Assembly (NCBI GenBank): GCA_040954595.2
Contig: CM082582.2
Location: 12,669,777 to 12,733,776 of the forward strand
From: Balanoglossus misakiensis
Taxonomy: Eukaryota > Animalia > Hemichordata
Length of the DNA: 64,000 nt
Direction: 5' to 3'
This document shows, piece by piece, positions 1 to 15,300 of this stretch. The position numbers and the translations under genes were made by a program. Below the pieces are notes generated by a model that was given only the letters and a program-made list of their open reading frames with translations, was not told the DNA's origin and did not search any database. Numbering within the stretch: the stretch's first letter is position 1; each line of letters starts with the position of its first letter.

Positions 1-3000
1 CTGAAATGTTAGAAAAATTGCAGACATATTTAGTTTGATATTCCGTCCTAAATAGAAAATGAACGTCCGTGGAAATGGGAATTTATGCTTCTCCGTTCAA
101 TTATCCTGGAGGGAATACGACAAGATCTTACAAGAAAAAATGATTGAACGATGTGTTGTTAGTACCGGTAATGGCTGACAAACCGAAATTTGCTGTCGAG
201 TCTGCGGGAAAATGTTCACCAATGAACATACAGCAGACGTGAATTGAATATGCTCACGTGGATGGACGGTTAGACGGGGTGACTGTTCGTTCTGGTAGGC
301 AAATTTTAACAAATTGCAAATGTTTTACATTAATTATGGAAATGTTTCCATACTATGGCACGACATCACTAGGAATGAATCTGCCTGTCATTTCACTTAG
401 ACTTATAATAAACCGCTGTCTGACCAATCAGCGAATAATTTAACCCAAGGGTTAAGAGGTTTTTTCACCGTTACTTTGCTTTGAATGCTACAGACACGTA
501 TGCGCATGTACATGCTCGGTTTGACCGATGCGAAGGGATGAGTCAATTTTAATACACAGTCAGACTAGCTGGAGCTGATCTAAATGTAGCTCTTTGTTGG
601 AAGGCTTTATTTGTACAGAGTGGCGCCGGAAAAGTTCGCGTTCTGTCGGACTGAATACATGGAGCTGTTATTTTCTAGATATTTTAGCATCTACAAACTG
701 GAATTTCGCTTATGGTTTTGAAATAGCCAAACACGTGGTATGCTTTTTCTGTGAACATGGTCGCTGGTGTTGCATCATAACCTAAAGCGCAAAATGCTAT
801 AAAATGGAACATCGACTCGTGCTCTCCACTTTTCGACATGTCGTAAATAACCACCCTTTTACGGTTCACAAAATGGCCGCTGTGTCATAATAAATGGACT
901 AGCGCTAAAATTTACAATCGCGTGTGTCCAGAATGTTTAGAAAGTGCTTCAAAGGGCTCTTTCTGCGAATCGGAGTTGAAAAAGTTACTAAGTTACAGGC
1001 TTTCTGATTCAACAACTGACGTTGGCCACTGCAATTATCTATTCATCATCTGAAATACAACGTCTCCTCCACTAGTGTCTGCAATAACTATTACAACACC
1101 CACGTTTTTGTCATGAAATATAAAAAGAAACCCTTGAGCATTTTTCCTGTCATGAAACGGAATAATGTCGCTTCTGAAGCTTTATTAGCGTTAGTTTCCA
1201 GTCTCATCTCAAGACCGCTCGTACGCATGGGCATTGAATCGTTGTAAATTGGAAAGTTTGCATTCATATTTTCCCAATTATTTCAGATCACGATTATACA
1301 TGGAAATGTTTGTGGTGCAGGCAAATTGTTTTGTCGTCATTAGAACTGGATCGTCCGTAGTCGACCTAAATATTCTGCAAAGGACACGTCACCCTTGGCC
1401 GATTTTAAGTCAGTAGTTGACCGAGTAAATTTTCGTCGCAATATCCATCGATTGACGCAATCCCCAGCGTTAGATATATGATTGGCCAGAAACAGAAGGG
1501 TGAAAATACAACTGACGTCATCGTCAGCAGGGATTGATGGAAATGGAAAATTGTCTACATTTAATGGCGTCGATTCCTCCATTGTTATTGCATTCAGCTC
1601 ATTCAATTTAACGAAGTAAATTTGATCGTCGTTGCCACCTAGACACAATAGGCGTCTGATGTATGTTTGTGCAATGTCATAAATGACATGCGTTTGTTGT
1701 ACAGGCAAGGGTTGAAAAAGAAATGTCATGTTATAAGAGGAAATATCAAACCACCGCAATCCTCGCGGTGATGAAAAATGACATTCGGAATTATCAAGTC
1801 CGGAATGAACATTTTTGCAGACAGTAATAACATCTTTCAGGTGATAATGTAATTTCTGTACTCTGACTTCAGAAGACATGGAGAAAGCGAAATTGTACTA
1901 TGCTCGTATAAACTTTGCCATTCCACTCTTTAGGTTTGGTAACACTGAGCATGCAGAAACTGCTCGTCGTTACTATAAAATGTTGGATACGTTTGTTTGA
2001 GTCCAAAAGTCAAATGTCGACATTCAAACATTCTTACGTCAATAGACATAAATTAGACGAGACTGAACGATGCTTTCTGGTTTGCCGTGTCATCAGATAC
2101 TAATGGTATCTTGGTCATTGAAAGAGAGATAAAGGATTTCCGATGTCTCACAAAAGTCTTATCGCTCGCTCTTCATTAGATTCTGGGCCCATCGACAGTC
2201 TGCAAAGATCAGCAATGGAGCCAATTGCCCATCTGTTTCGCATTCCACGCCAGTTTTCTCTGCCATGCTTAGTTTTTTTTGTCTGCAACTTTTCCGTGTA
2301 TTAAGAGTTCCAGATCATTATTCAATTGAAGGCCGACGGTCGTCCCACCATGCGCATGTGCGTAATTTCGTGTGTACAAACATTTACGTCCAATCCAAAT
2401 GCTCTACAAATTTTGTGTTCGATGCATTAAAATAGTGGACTGCCTTCGCTTCCTTCCATATTTCATACGCACTGTATAAGTAGACTTTAGTTTTGTCCCT
2501 TCTATTCACCCAATTTGCAGTAGAATTTGGCTGCAGTAAAACTTAAAAAGTATATCAGGTTGATGTTTTATAAATATGTATAGATTCTTTTACAAAAGCC
2601 ACAAGACAGACACAAATAAACCAAAAATGTTCAGTTATCTGTTGCAACTCAATCACTAATCACGACCTGCTGTCTGCAAACTTTACTTCTATTAGAAAGT
2701 CACGCATCCAACAATATGGGCACACGTCAGAGAAAGTACCGGCCTTCGTAAAACAGACATTATGACTGCGATCTGTGATTACATCAAGCGGAGTTTCATA
2801 TACTTGCCCGCTGTGGCTCATCGCTTACTATAGAACGCGGCACGCACATGAAACGGTTAAGACGTCATTTGAACACAATCGCTTCTTGCAAACCGTGCCA
2901 TACTTTGCAGCGAACATCATGATACTGTGAAACGTGAGATTACTTGCATGCCATTGTATATACGTTTACTGTGCATCTTCATTGAAATGGTTTTCCAAGA

Positions 3001-5720
3001 CGTGTATATCGGCATGTCTGACTGTCGACTCTGGATATTTGAAAATAAAATGAAATGGACTTCATTCATATTTGTTAAAATTGTACCAAAACTGACATAA
3101 ATTTAACATTGGAATGTTTCTGTCAATTCAACTTATTGTTTGTGTCAGGAGCATACCATACATGATTGGGCAAGTTCTAAAGTTGAGTTGAACTTTACTT
3201 GAAAATTCTCTAAATAAGCTTAAAGATGCCATTGGATATATTGACAAATTCTGCAAAACATTGCCTAATGACTCTTATTTAAAAGTCCCAAAGTACATGT
3301 AAGTAATCTCCAAAACCATAATTGTGGGATCATTATTTCCTGAAATGAATCAGAAACTAGGTTATTTTTTATTGGATTCTGAGCTCCTCATAATGATAGA
3401 TACAGTGCTGACGTCACAGAAATTCCAGTCGCCAAGTGGGAAGCCTTTGTATTATACTTGTATTTCAGAGTTCACCAAGCAGGTACAGAGTGAAAAGTCA
3501 ATTACGTGATCTATCGATTTCCAATTTTCTGTGTCTGTCCGGTTTCGTGCTGCATTAAATTTCCTGCGATAACTTGTAATATGTAGTTCACACAACCTGC
3601 ACATCTTGTCCATCTAACTGTAGAACGCCGACATGTGTGCGCGACAAACTATGTATTACGTGACAAGAGTCCACAAAGATACACTAGCTGAGATTAAATC
3701 ATTCCCACAGCAGAAGACCAATTGGGTTGTTTTTCTTCAAATAACAATCCAATTCTCATATAACATTCTGGGCACATTCTACCAACGTGAGATTTAATGA
3801 CTAATGGGTTAGTTTTGGAAGTGCACAGCGCTAAATCAATTACATAACATGCATGACTGTTATCGAAAAATTGTGAATAGTTCTTCTTCATTATCTTTCG
3901 GCGGGAAATGTTAGTGCAAGAAAATAAACAACACCTGGACCATGTTTGTTACCTTGTAATACATAGAAGTACTGAAACCATGTTGCCAGGTGACAATTAA
4001 GAATAAGGAAGTTCAGACATTGAAAAGGACGTGACAAACACGCTGAATAAATTAATGCGATGGATTGATTTGATTGTAACCATCTTTTATCATGTTCCAT
4101 TGGAAACTAGAGCGTACACAAACCATTGCATTTCCGTATTCTCATGCCACTGGTGTGTAGCTGTTGAATGTTACAGAATATCGAATATCGAACACCACTC
4201 CGTCATGTTTTCCAATTGCATTTCTGTCTACAGACAAATGTATCGAGATAAACACCCCCATTTTAGGAAAGGTTTCTTTAAAGATCCGCACTCTGCAAAT
4301 ACACGCGTTTCAATTTGTTGATACAACATACAATTGATATCACATGTTTGCTGTAGGTATAATCGATTGCATGCAGATATAAAAATCTATTTCAGACACA
4401 GGCCGTGAAAGTTTAATAACACCGTGCTTATCACAGAACTCAACATTATACAACTAGCCTGTAGTATTGATATAAAAATAATAAATTCTTAACACATATT
4501 GATAAAATAAAAGATGATGATGCTGTTGGCTTCAATTTGAAAATTGAATATTTTACTTGAGGGGAACAAGATATATTTTAATATATTTTGGTGTTCGCTG
4601 TCTTATGTAAAAAGTGCGCATGCGTTGTCCTGCTCAATAAAACCTGCCAAATCAGTCGTTAGAGCTCATAACCAAAATATGTAATTTATGCAATGATTCA
4701 TATATTATAAATTGCACATATACCAAAGGAGATCTGGCAGCAGACGACTCAATACTCCTCATCTGGAAGCAGAGATACAGTATGCCATTACACACAGCGT
4801 GTCTTATCCCCAACATTTTTGAAACACGCAAACATGTAATAGGTCACATTTTACTGATCGTCTGTTTATTGAAGTTGTAGTTTTATTGGCACTCTTAGAG
4901 CTGTTATCTACTCTATTTTGGTGTACCTTCCAGGTTTCTCTAAACAAGACATGTGCAAGGATATTACATCCAATCCGTTACAGTCAGACACACTGAATAT
5001 TTTGCCTGAGGACTTATTGAGAGTTTAATGGCGCCCTTGGATATTATAAGAGTAATACTGGAAACACGTTCTTTGTCAGCCAAAATAGCTTTCTGTGCGG
5101 CAAATGATGTCTAGTGCATTGTCTTTTAATGTTCAAAGTACATACACAAATGTGTACGTGTATCTTCTATTTTTTCCTTGAAGATTCTAATACTTCAAAA
5201 ACATTTAAATATTTAGTTTTCAATATTGTACATGCTCATGTATATGGCTAATGGCCATAACAACTGCAGTATTCTATTTGGATTTTCTATAAGTAACCAT
5301 CCTAGCTCAATCCCACACATAACCCCAAGAATAAGTTCTAACTGGAACACTTGAAGGACTATCTGAGGATATTTCGAGATCAACAAATTTTTGAAAGTTG
5401 CACATCATATCATATCATAACCCTTTAAGCGAAGCAATATGCGATATGCATGAACACATTCGATTGATAAGACGGCATACGTGCTTCTGTCACTGACCGG
5501 GTGGAGTCATACGAATAATCAAGGCTGCCGAAAGGAAATATGTGCATGCATACATCTGCCTCAGACCCTCGGCAAAACATGTCAAAAGCACTTTTCCACA
5601 TCTAAACGATATCGCGCGGCAAGAATGCCGTGTCACGCAGCAAGAAAAAGACAGATGCCTCGATCAACAAACTGAGCACGTTTACAATTCACTGCCTCGG
5701 TTTTCGATAACAACCTTGGC

Positions 5721-5783
5721 TGGCACAACTCTGCGTTTTCTTTCTCAATTTGGCACAACCCACGGTTTTCTTTCCCAATTTGG
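5721..5783. repeat. 30-bp imperfect tandem duplication
   Basis: tggcacaactctgcgttttctttctcaatt / tggcacaacccacggttttctttcccaatt / tgg. Confidence 0.8.
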
Positions 5784-6332
5784 TCCGACGCGATGCTTTG
5801 TGTAAGCCACTTCGACTCCCGACTGTAATAGGGTCTTTTTCCATACACCCCGACTTCGTATTCACCTAACATTTGTAAAGCTCACCCACTACTTTAGCAA
5901 GATTGAAGATTTGCTCTTTCTGAAACCGACTCGCTAACACCTTAAAGACCTTCGTTTTCTCAATGCACCCACGGCTATCCTCACACCTGTTACTATTCAT
6001 TTCAATCCTCTAAAATTTCCACACTAAGGTTGCAAACTAATCCCGCTCGGGCGAGACGGATTAGACACTTTGTGTAAGGAATGAACCCCTGAAATGTAAT
6101 GTTAACCACGATAAACAAACCATATCAATAAATAATGACCATCAGAAATAAGTGCTACAAGCAATAGAAATCTAGAAACTGCATATAGTGCAATGCAAAC
6201 TGAGAATCAGAGTAGAGCCATGGACAAACAGCCGACCAATGCCGGGGGTAGCTGGTATATCTGAACTTAGACACTAGTTTCTTTGGTTACATTACCTTCA
6301 TGCAACATTTTTGTCTTCTCCATTTTTTGCAG

Positions 6333-9300
6333 TTCGCATGCACAGCAATGGCAGTGAGGACAGGATCCGCCAGTTCGTCATCACGTCTCTACAGCAGAGG
6401 AGCACGGACCAGTTTGCCGGTAACTTCACAGCTTCGTTGCCATCCCATGTTGGCGAAGTTGTAAACTGTGGTAGGATGAATGCATTATTCCGTCCCAGTG
6501 ACTCCGGTACAGATGATGTGGTCATGTACTGGAAAATGGGAAGTGAAGATCGTGGAATCGGTTGTGTTGAGTTCAGGTAAGAATGTCTGCCTGACTGTAT
6601 GTCTGTGACTCTCCCCCTCCTCTCTCTGTCTGTCTGTTTGTTTGGACATGTCTGCCTATACCCCTCCCTAATTCTCCCCTCTCCCTCTCCCTCCCAACCC
6701 TCCCCCTCTTTCTTTCTCTGATTTGTGGAGATAACAAGGTGTCTGGCACCCGTAATCTGCAACCAGAAAGCTGGAAGATAAAACAGTGCATGTAATCCAA
6801 CTTAGTCTAATAGACAGAGAGGAAAGGGCAGCTATTAAAACAGACTTAAGTATACCCTACAGATAGGAAATTCAAGCAATAATATGAGATGCAAGACTTG
6901 AGACAGATTTGTACACTAATCATGCCTGCAGGAAACAGACGTGTTCTATATTGCAACAACCTTTTACAGTACATGTATTAATTTTTCATGCATGCTTTTT
7001 ATTTCTTTACCGTTTGTTCCACCTGGAAAGCTTTAGCGTTTGGATAGGTCCACAATATGTATGACTATCTAACATAACCTCAGGGATGTACCACATACAG
7101 GTATTTCTCAAGGGTGGCACCTAAAGGATGGGTAAATTGGATTATCTTAAATGAAGTTAAAAAAGTGAAAGACCTATTTGGAATTGTCAGTGTGACCCAA
7201 TTCATCTTCATTCGATACATATGCCTCTTCTGGTCAACAAGAACTTTGAAAGCAGTTCACATACCTTTGTTTTAATCCTGTAATCCTCTTTAAACATGCG
7301 CAAAAACATGATTATTTCCCCCAAGGCTAACCCCTGTCCCCTACCGATGCTATTGCGACCTACATTCATCCTGTTGTTTCAGAAAGTCCGATTATCATTT
7401 CAAAAAAGTGGTTGTGGTCAGTTCCCGTTCTTTCTTCAGAGAGAATTAGAGAAAGCCCATGTTTGTGTATGTACATTCCCTGCAGTGTGAACAAGCCCTT
7501 AAGCATATGATATCCTCAGACGAAATAATGATTCACGGCTAACAGAGTCAAATGTCAATTTGATCCCCATTCACAGAAAGAGCGTCATAACCCGTTTCCC
7601 TAAAGTAACTATTAAAAACCCCATTAGATTAATTTTTAAAGTAAAAAGCAACCACACCACAACATTAATCACATGTGGATATATGGTTACAAAGCAGTGT
7701 TAGCCGCGTCACGTTTATTCATCTTATATTTTCATGTTCAAACGCAGAGGCACTCAGACCTAAGGAGTAGAAAGCAATTGCCCCAATTTGTCAGTATTCT
7801 GATACCTCCATGTATAGAGCGATGACATCAAAGCCCTCTTCCGTTTTTGTAACATGAAACAAGACTTCAAGAATTGCTTCCGTTACAGGGCAATTATCCA
7901 AGGAGAAGACTATGCATGGTTTAAGGTTTCCAAATTATTCTGTGAAAGGCCAGGAAACGAAATTCCAGGTGAGTCTGCTATGCTCCTTTCATCTCATTTC
8001 ATTTCACGGGTGTATGAAGCAATTTGGTATTGAATATCCGGATCTGTTTCTATCGAACTTTAAGAAACTCTGTATCAACATTGACACAACCAAAATTTGG
8101 TTTTACACATTCTGTTAATGAATAATGAAGCTGTGAAAACTATGTGAGATATTACACGAACTAAACTTCACTTATTATTGGATATCCACTTGCTGGCATG
8201 TACGGTATGTTGTAACTATCAACATCTGTCAAACATACTGTTTTAGTTCACACAATATTGATTTTTCATACATGTAACTATTAGAAGCTTTAGACATGAA
8301 AGCCTTTCAATGTTCCATATGTTATGACCGAAAATCTTTTCATACTTCCATGGCCAACGAAGAAAGCAATCATGTAACTATATTCATACCTATTCCACTT
8401 TATGTGGTCTGTTTCAGCAGATAGTAAAACCTTGACAAGACGCTTTGCATTTTATCAATGAGCAACATGAAAACCTAATGTAAATGCCAAAAAGCTGATT
8501 AAATCGAAGCTGTATTATAACAACCTATATTTGTTACAATTTAATATTTACAAAAGTGTTATCAGCGATCGTATATCGATTGCAGTGACGCAACATATAT
8601 GCATAATGTAGGCAGAAATACAAAGACAAATAGAACTTGAGTGTAGGCTTATACAGACTCGGGTAATCAAGGTCTCTGAAAGGTAACCTAAAAGCTCTTA
8701 ATGTATTATGTGCCTCGGGACAGATTTTCAGAAAAATGATACTCCTCAAAACCTTTCAATTCTTTGTATATCAAAGTGTGTGATGAGTCTTTGAGTGCAA
8801 GGAAAAAAACAGTGTGTTCACCATCTTGTTTTATAAAAATCACTAGTTTAAATTTTCTCCCTAGAGTTATTAAACACAGAGGTTGGTGAGATCTCGAAGC
8901 ACATATTACTCTAATTGCTTCATTTCCATCTCTACAGGCTGTATGAATTTCATAGATGAAACTGCTGATGGAGGCGTTCTGGTCTCCCCTAACTACCCAA
9001 ACCAGTACCCGGATGAAGTGGATTGCTATACGTTTCTCCATAATGAGTCGTCTTCGAGGATTTTCCTTCAGGTATTCAGGATCTATGAGTATGACATCTG
9101 ACAAGTTGTAAACTAATTTGAATTTCGACCTCAGTTGATAATATCACTTTTGTCCCAACATAAAAGGTAAATAACACGGTACTTAACAAAGCAAATAATT
9201 GAAAATTACCACGATGAGACAAACTTGATACAACTACCACCCAAACACCATTTTAGCTATATTTTCAAACATTCATTGTCTCTTCCTTCCAGTTTTCACA

Positions 9301-12300
9301 TTTTGACATAGAATATGAACAGCAATGTGCCTACGACTTTGTCAACATTTATGTTGATGGCGTCGATGAGAGTCGACCGCACAAGTTTTGCGGACAGTAT
9401 GACGGAACTGATCTCCAGGAACTGTGGTTTCAGTCTGTTGCAAACACAATGGTAGTACAGCTCTCTTCAGATTTCAAATATGGAGGCCAGGGATACCTTG
9501 CAAAATTTTATAGCTTAGATATTAATGAAGGTAAGTAAGATATGATTTCCAGTGTGATGTGTTCATAAAAAGAAGAGGCACTGAAGCAAACTGTGAATAA
9601 TAGCTGGAAATCTAGAAATCTAGTGGAAGGTTATCTAGGAAGCAGTCCACATTGGAAAATCACAATCGTGCTAATGAATGGCACTGACATCTTGTCAGTT
9701 GATAAAAAAGAGCTTACTTGATACCCCTTCAAAAATTGAAGAAAAATCAGTTCCTTCAATTTTGAACAAACACTTACACTTCCAACTTTTCACCCACAGG
9801 ATGCAATGTAACTTTCACGAATGATTCTCTCACAAGTGGAATAGTGCAAAGCTGGAATTATCCGAACACCTACTTTCCCAATTTAATGTGCTACACCTTG
9901 ATAAAATTGGACCCGCAGAAACGAATACGACTAAAACTCCTTCACTTGCAAATGCAAAGCGGAACAACAGAAAATGACTGTGACAGAGATTATGTCAGGA
10001 TTTTGGAAGGAAATCAGCCTGGCAGTTCGTCTATTTTATGTGGAGAAGCAAACAGCGATGAAAATCATCAGCTTGTGTTTGATTCTGCAGAAAATGAGAT
10101 GGAAGTGCTGTTTTCTTCAGACTACCTCATTGAAAAGACTGGCTTTTACGGAGAGTTCTATGCATTAGATTCGTGTGTTAATCAAACTGTTGTAGGAATG
10201 GGCGGTCAGCTATCAAGCCCGAATTACCCAGATAATTACCCCAATTCACAGGATTGCTTTATCACAATTGAAGTGCCAAGGGGCAATGTTCTGTTGACAT
10301 TTGAAAGCTTTGACATGCAGACTGCCGCAGAGGAGAACTCATGCAACGACTACCTGGAAATTCTGACAGGGAATGAAACATTCAAAGTCTGTGGCAACTG
10401 GCAGGGAAAGCAGAACCAACTTGTTTACAAATCTGTATCAAGTATCATGCACATACACTTCGTCACTGATGGTCGCGGGACAGCCAAAGGTTTCCAGGCA
10501 GTGTATAGTGCTGTGGATGTTAACATAACACAGGAGATAATTCATCCAAACTGTCCAACAGGATGGATTCAATTCAAACAGAATTGCTATGAAATTGTAC
10601 ATGTTGAAAAGACTTGGTCTGAGGCTGCAGAAGCTTGTGAGGTTGAGAGGACACAACTTGCTAGCATACATACTTTACAAGAGCAGTTATTCTTAAATTC
10701 TGCAATACAAAATAGGTGAGTTACTAACATCTTCTGTTCGATAAAACCCTAATTTTATATAATGCAAAATCAACAAAGCCAGGAACAAAAACTATAGGAA
10801 TAATAGGAAGTCTGTCCCAAGAAGAGAGTTATGAGCCAAAATGCTCAGAACTTTATAGTATAATTAAAAATGAACGATAATGTATATCACTAATTGCCAC
10901 ATTTATTATCAATGTGGAATTAATCAAGAAAGTTTGAACCATGGTTTTGTGTTCATATCTGTATTGTTCACCAACTTTAAATAGCCTGTCAGCCGTGTCC
11001 CCAGAGTACTGTAAACCATTCAGAGTGTAATGGATAAAAATAACTAAGAAACAGAATGGTAATATAGTATTCCCATGTGATTTTTAGTGCTAGACACATC
11101 AATGGTGCTTATTGGATTGGTGGTCACGACAGAGAATATGAGGCAGAGTATATGTGGCAGGACAATAGTATTTTCAATTTCACAGGTGAGTTTGAATTTT
11201 ACACTTTTTTCTATATTTGTGTTTCATTTTAATTTAAGGTTACATAGAAATTAAAATCTAGCAAATGTACTACTGTTTAGGAATTAAAATAACAAATTAT
11301 TCAACAGCCAAATTGAATTTCTTTTATCATGTTCTAAAAACTCCACTTGTTTTACTGGCAGACTGGTTTCCTGGTTGGAGCCTGTACAACATGTTTAGCA
11401 AGCAACCAAGCGACGATGGCTTCAGTGAGGAAGACTGCGTAGAACTGAGACAAGTATTCCATTTCCCATCCAAGGGTCAGGGGACGGCGGAAAGACTCTT
11501 CTGGAATGACAGAAACTGCCTTTCAAAGAATGGCTACATTTGCAAGCAGCTAGCATTTGGAGGTAACTGCAGTCATTTTTCCTAACTGGTTTGCATAAGC
11601 ATGTCATGTACGGCCGGTATGTGCTCAGTATGACAACATCCGCATAAAGCTTTGCCAGTCAGCAATCTTGGATCTCTTTGCAAACAATCTTTCCCACGTG
11701 AAACTTACAGCCAATATCCTTCTTTTATAATGCAGCTATTGCTAATATACCATAGATGGGTATGATTGCAATTATGATCACAATTAGTTGACCTTTTAAT
11801 CATTTGCTGACAGTGAATCCACTTATATACTTTTGTCTGAAGTAATCATTAGTCTTTTCATAAATGCAATTCTCTGAAAGGGTTTTCCATTACGCATAGT
11901 ACCCCCTTATCCCAGAGTAATCTGTTCATGAATATTTCATGCCAACTGCATAACATAATGTCCTTGATATATATGAGTAGCTGTTAAAGTCGGAAGTACT
12001 CTAATGTGGACAGGTGTGACGGCATATTTCATTATCATAGCAGCTTTCTGATAGAAACCCCAGGGACAGATGTAAAATAGAGAATTCATTTATCACTCGT
12101 ACATCAGTTATATACATCCCTTATTTCTTACTAGATAAAAGGCGTGACATGTGGTTATAAAATATTCAAATCAACAACAACTGTGTTTTTCACTATTACT
12201 TGATCATGGAGATTACTTAGCAACTCTCCCGGGAATGCAAATGGATTTTTGTTACTATTAAAAAGCGCTTGAAAGGCAGTGCAATTACCACCTTCGCAAA

Positions 12301-15300
12301 ATCTGGTCAATTTAGAGACACATGAGAAAGATAAAGAATAAGCCTTTAGGGGAAGCCAAGAGAAAAAAGATGTTTAATTTAGTTGCAAATGAATGAAATG
12401 CTACCCTTTCAAGAGAATGCCTTTATGTCTTCAGCGGTTCTTTGCCAGTTACTGTTAGAAGTGTAAGAGACACTACAGAAAGAAGATGAATTGTAAATGT
12501 CTCTTATTGTGGTTGAATAATGGCTGCATTTATCTTCACACAAAAACTCTTATAAGAGGTAGAAAGGAGTGATGGTTATAACCACAAGATATATTATTTG
12601 AAGAAATCTCAGTGTTAATGATAAATTGTTGCTTTTTTCCCTGTGCTGTACGCTAGAGACAATATTATTATTAGATAAGGATGTAATAATTACATGCCTG
12701 ATGGTGTACATGTTTCCTGCAACAGGCCATTTCCTCCATCATACTTGAAGTGCTTTATGCCTCAGACATACATTAAACATTTAGAGTTTTATTAGTTTGT
12801 ATAACAATTTTAATATAATATTATTAGATTATACATTTCAATTAATTCAATAGCAGTAGTATGAGTTTCATGTGATGATGCACACTTAATATATTTTAGT
12901 ATAAATTTTCATGTTAAGTCAGACACATTTTACTGGTAGCTCTCTTTCTCTTCGCACATAGTGTTAAAATTCAAATTCCAGTTAATTGTTAGTAACCTAA
13001 CACATTTCACACATTACCATTTTTAGCACACGCTATTTTAACCTTATCTTTCAGTGTATCAGATCTACAGATGTAATTAAAATTGGGTATCTTAGAAATC
13101 AGTCGTTTTAATGACAATGCATCCTATCTTAATTTGAATCTGGCAGCTCGTAATAAAATTGTGACGCCAATAAGTCCCATTTAATTCCGATAATTTGTCT
13201 CTTTCAGCCGAAGTTCCAAATGTGCCCACCAAACTTGAGTGCGATCAATTTTTCAATGCGTCAGATGGTACTATTACGAGTTTTTCCTACCCAAGATCCT
13301 ATGCGAACAACATGGATTGCACGGTCACCATTGAAGTCACTCAGGGATATAGAATATATCTGGAATTTTCAGACTTCGTCGTGGAGGAGCATGGAAACTG
13401 CAAATACGACTTTGTGAAAATATTTACACCTGGAGAGCAGGAAATAGCCGACACTTTCTGCGGCAATCAGAATGCCAATATCAAATTGTTAAGAAGAGTT
13501 ACCACCAGTAATGTACTGATAATCCGCTTTCATACCGATCACTCCAGGACTTTTAAAGGATTCCGTGCAATCTACTGGACGGAACCAGGTGAGTCTGACC
13601 AAAAATAAGTTCAGTAATGAAAAATAGTCATGAAATCCCAAAGTATACCCATGCTTCTTTGTAAGCTGGTTATAATGACATATATAATTCTTGCGAGTCT
13701 AGACTTCCTGACAATTCTGTCAGGAACTTACATTTCCTGAAAAAGCATGGCTGCACTCAGAATGAAAGTCTGACCCCTTTCGCACTTTATTTCATCGAAG
13801 CCATCTGTTGAATTCCATAATCTCCCTGAGTATTACACGATAAACATGGCACCGGTTTAAACACTGATATATTCCCTGAAAATAAGTACGCTCAACACTT
13901 TTCCACAATGAATACATCACCAGAGAAGTGACTAAAAAGCAAACATATATTTTTGCCCTTGATGCAAGAAGCACTCATGGAAAGAATATCAGATACAAAT
14001 TATACCTGGTTCAGTTTTAACGACATCTGAAAACTAATAATAATTTTCTAGTTCACTTGAATGCTATCAGCAAGGAAAAGAGGTGGACTATTATGGTTCA
14101 GTGGAGCAAAAAGCCACATCGCAGCAAAATAATGGTTATATATGTTCAGCCTGGGGTGGAAGTTTGGTTATTACCCGTCAAATACCCAGTAATTTTATAT
14201 CTTCCATGGCAGCAAAGTGGTCCTAAATGCTCAACAGATATCAGCAACGTGATCAAATTATAACATTGCTGTTACTATGGAAACAACAGAGCAATCATGG
14301 AACATATTTCCGATTGAGGCACATACCCTCAGGTCTTTCATGTATGTTTCGACAAGTTTTAGGACTGTGCAATCATCTTTATATCTGAAAAATAGGTCGA
14401 AAAAGCTGATAGATGTATCAAATGGTGCATCTACAGTTTTGTTTCCTTTGCAACCTGTAAACCAAGTTCACTTAGATGCACGCGTTAATCAGTTAAAAGG
14501 ATATGGATTACTGATATTACTCAAAATCATCATAACACGCAAGAAAACTCATGAACTGACCCTTTTGCTTTGCATCAGGATAATTTATCAAAAGACTAGA
14601 GTAACAAAATGTTTGTTCAGAGAACGACAATATTTGTTCTTAAGCAGCAGCCAGGACATAATTAAATAAGTCCCTGGATCTTGCATTAGTCGATGTTTAC
14701 CAGTTTAAGTGCTTTATCACATTGTATGGAACTCGTCTTTCCCATTTAGGTTTGAACATTACCACAAGATTTGTTGTAATAGTTCGTGTACACCTTTTGA
14801 AATTGTTTGTACATTTTCACAAATGAGTTTCACAATATGGCGGATATATATTCTTAAAATGTCTTCCTGTACACATACATATTATGGAAGTGTAACAATT
14901 TGATTGTCACTGGTTGAATATCTCAGGGCGTACAAGCTTATATTATGATACGATGTATTCCAGAAAATTGTGCAAATTGACGGCGGTAACACGCACAGTC
15001 ATATCAGTAATTGTGCCTCGCAAATGAAGGATGCAATCATAGGCACCGTTCCTGCAGTTACAAGGCAAGGAAATCTTTGCCCGATGTACCATGCAACCGA
15101 AATGATGTATCGCTTCACTGAATCATGTCACAATACTGTGAGAACACTCTCCCATTTATAATGGGTTTGGTCATTTCACTTTCTCTGGATTCTGAGGAAG
15201 AAAACCGAGAATTTGCCAAACTTGCAGGGCTTATATTACATAATCTTCTTCATGACTATTGAAATAATTTTTTCCCATTTGCAGTGCCTTTGTATTGTGA

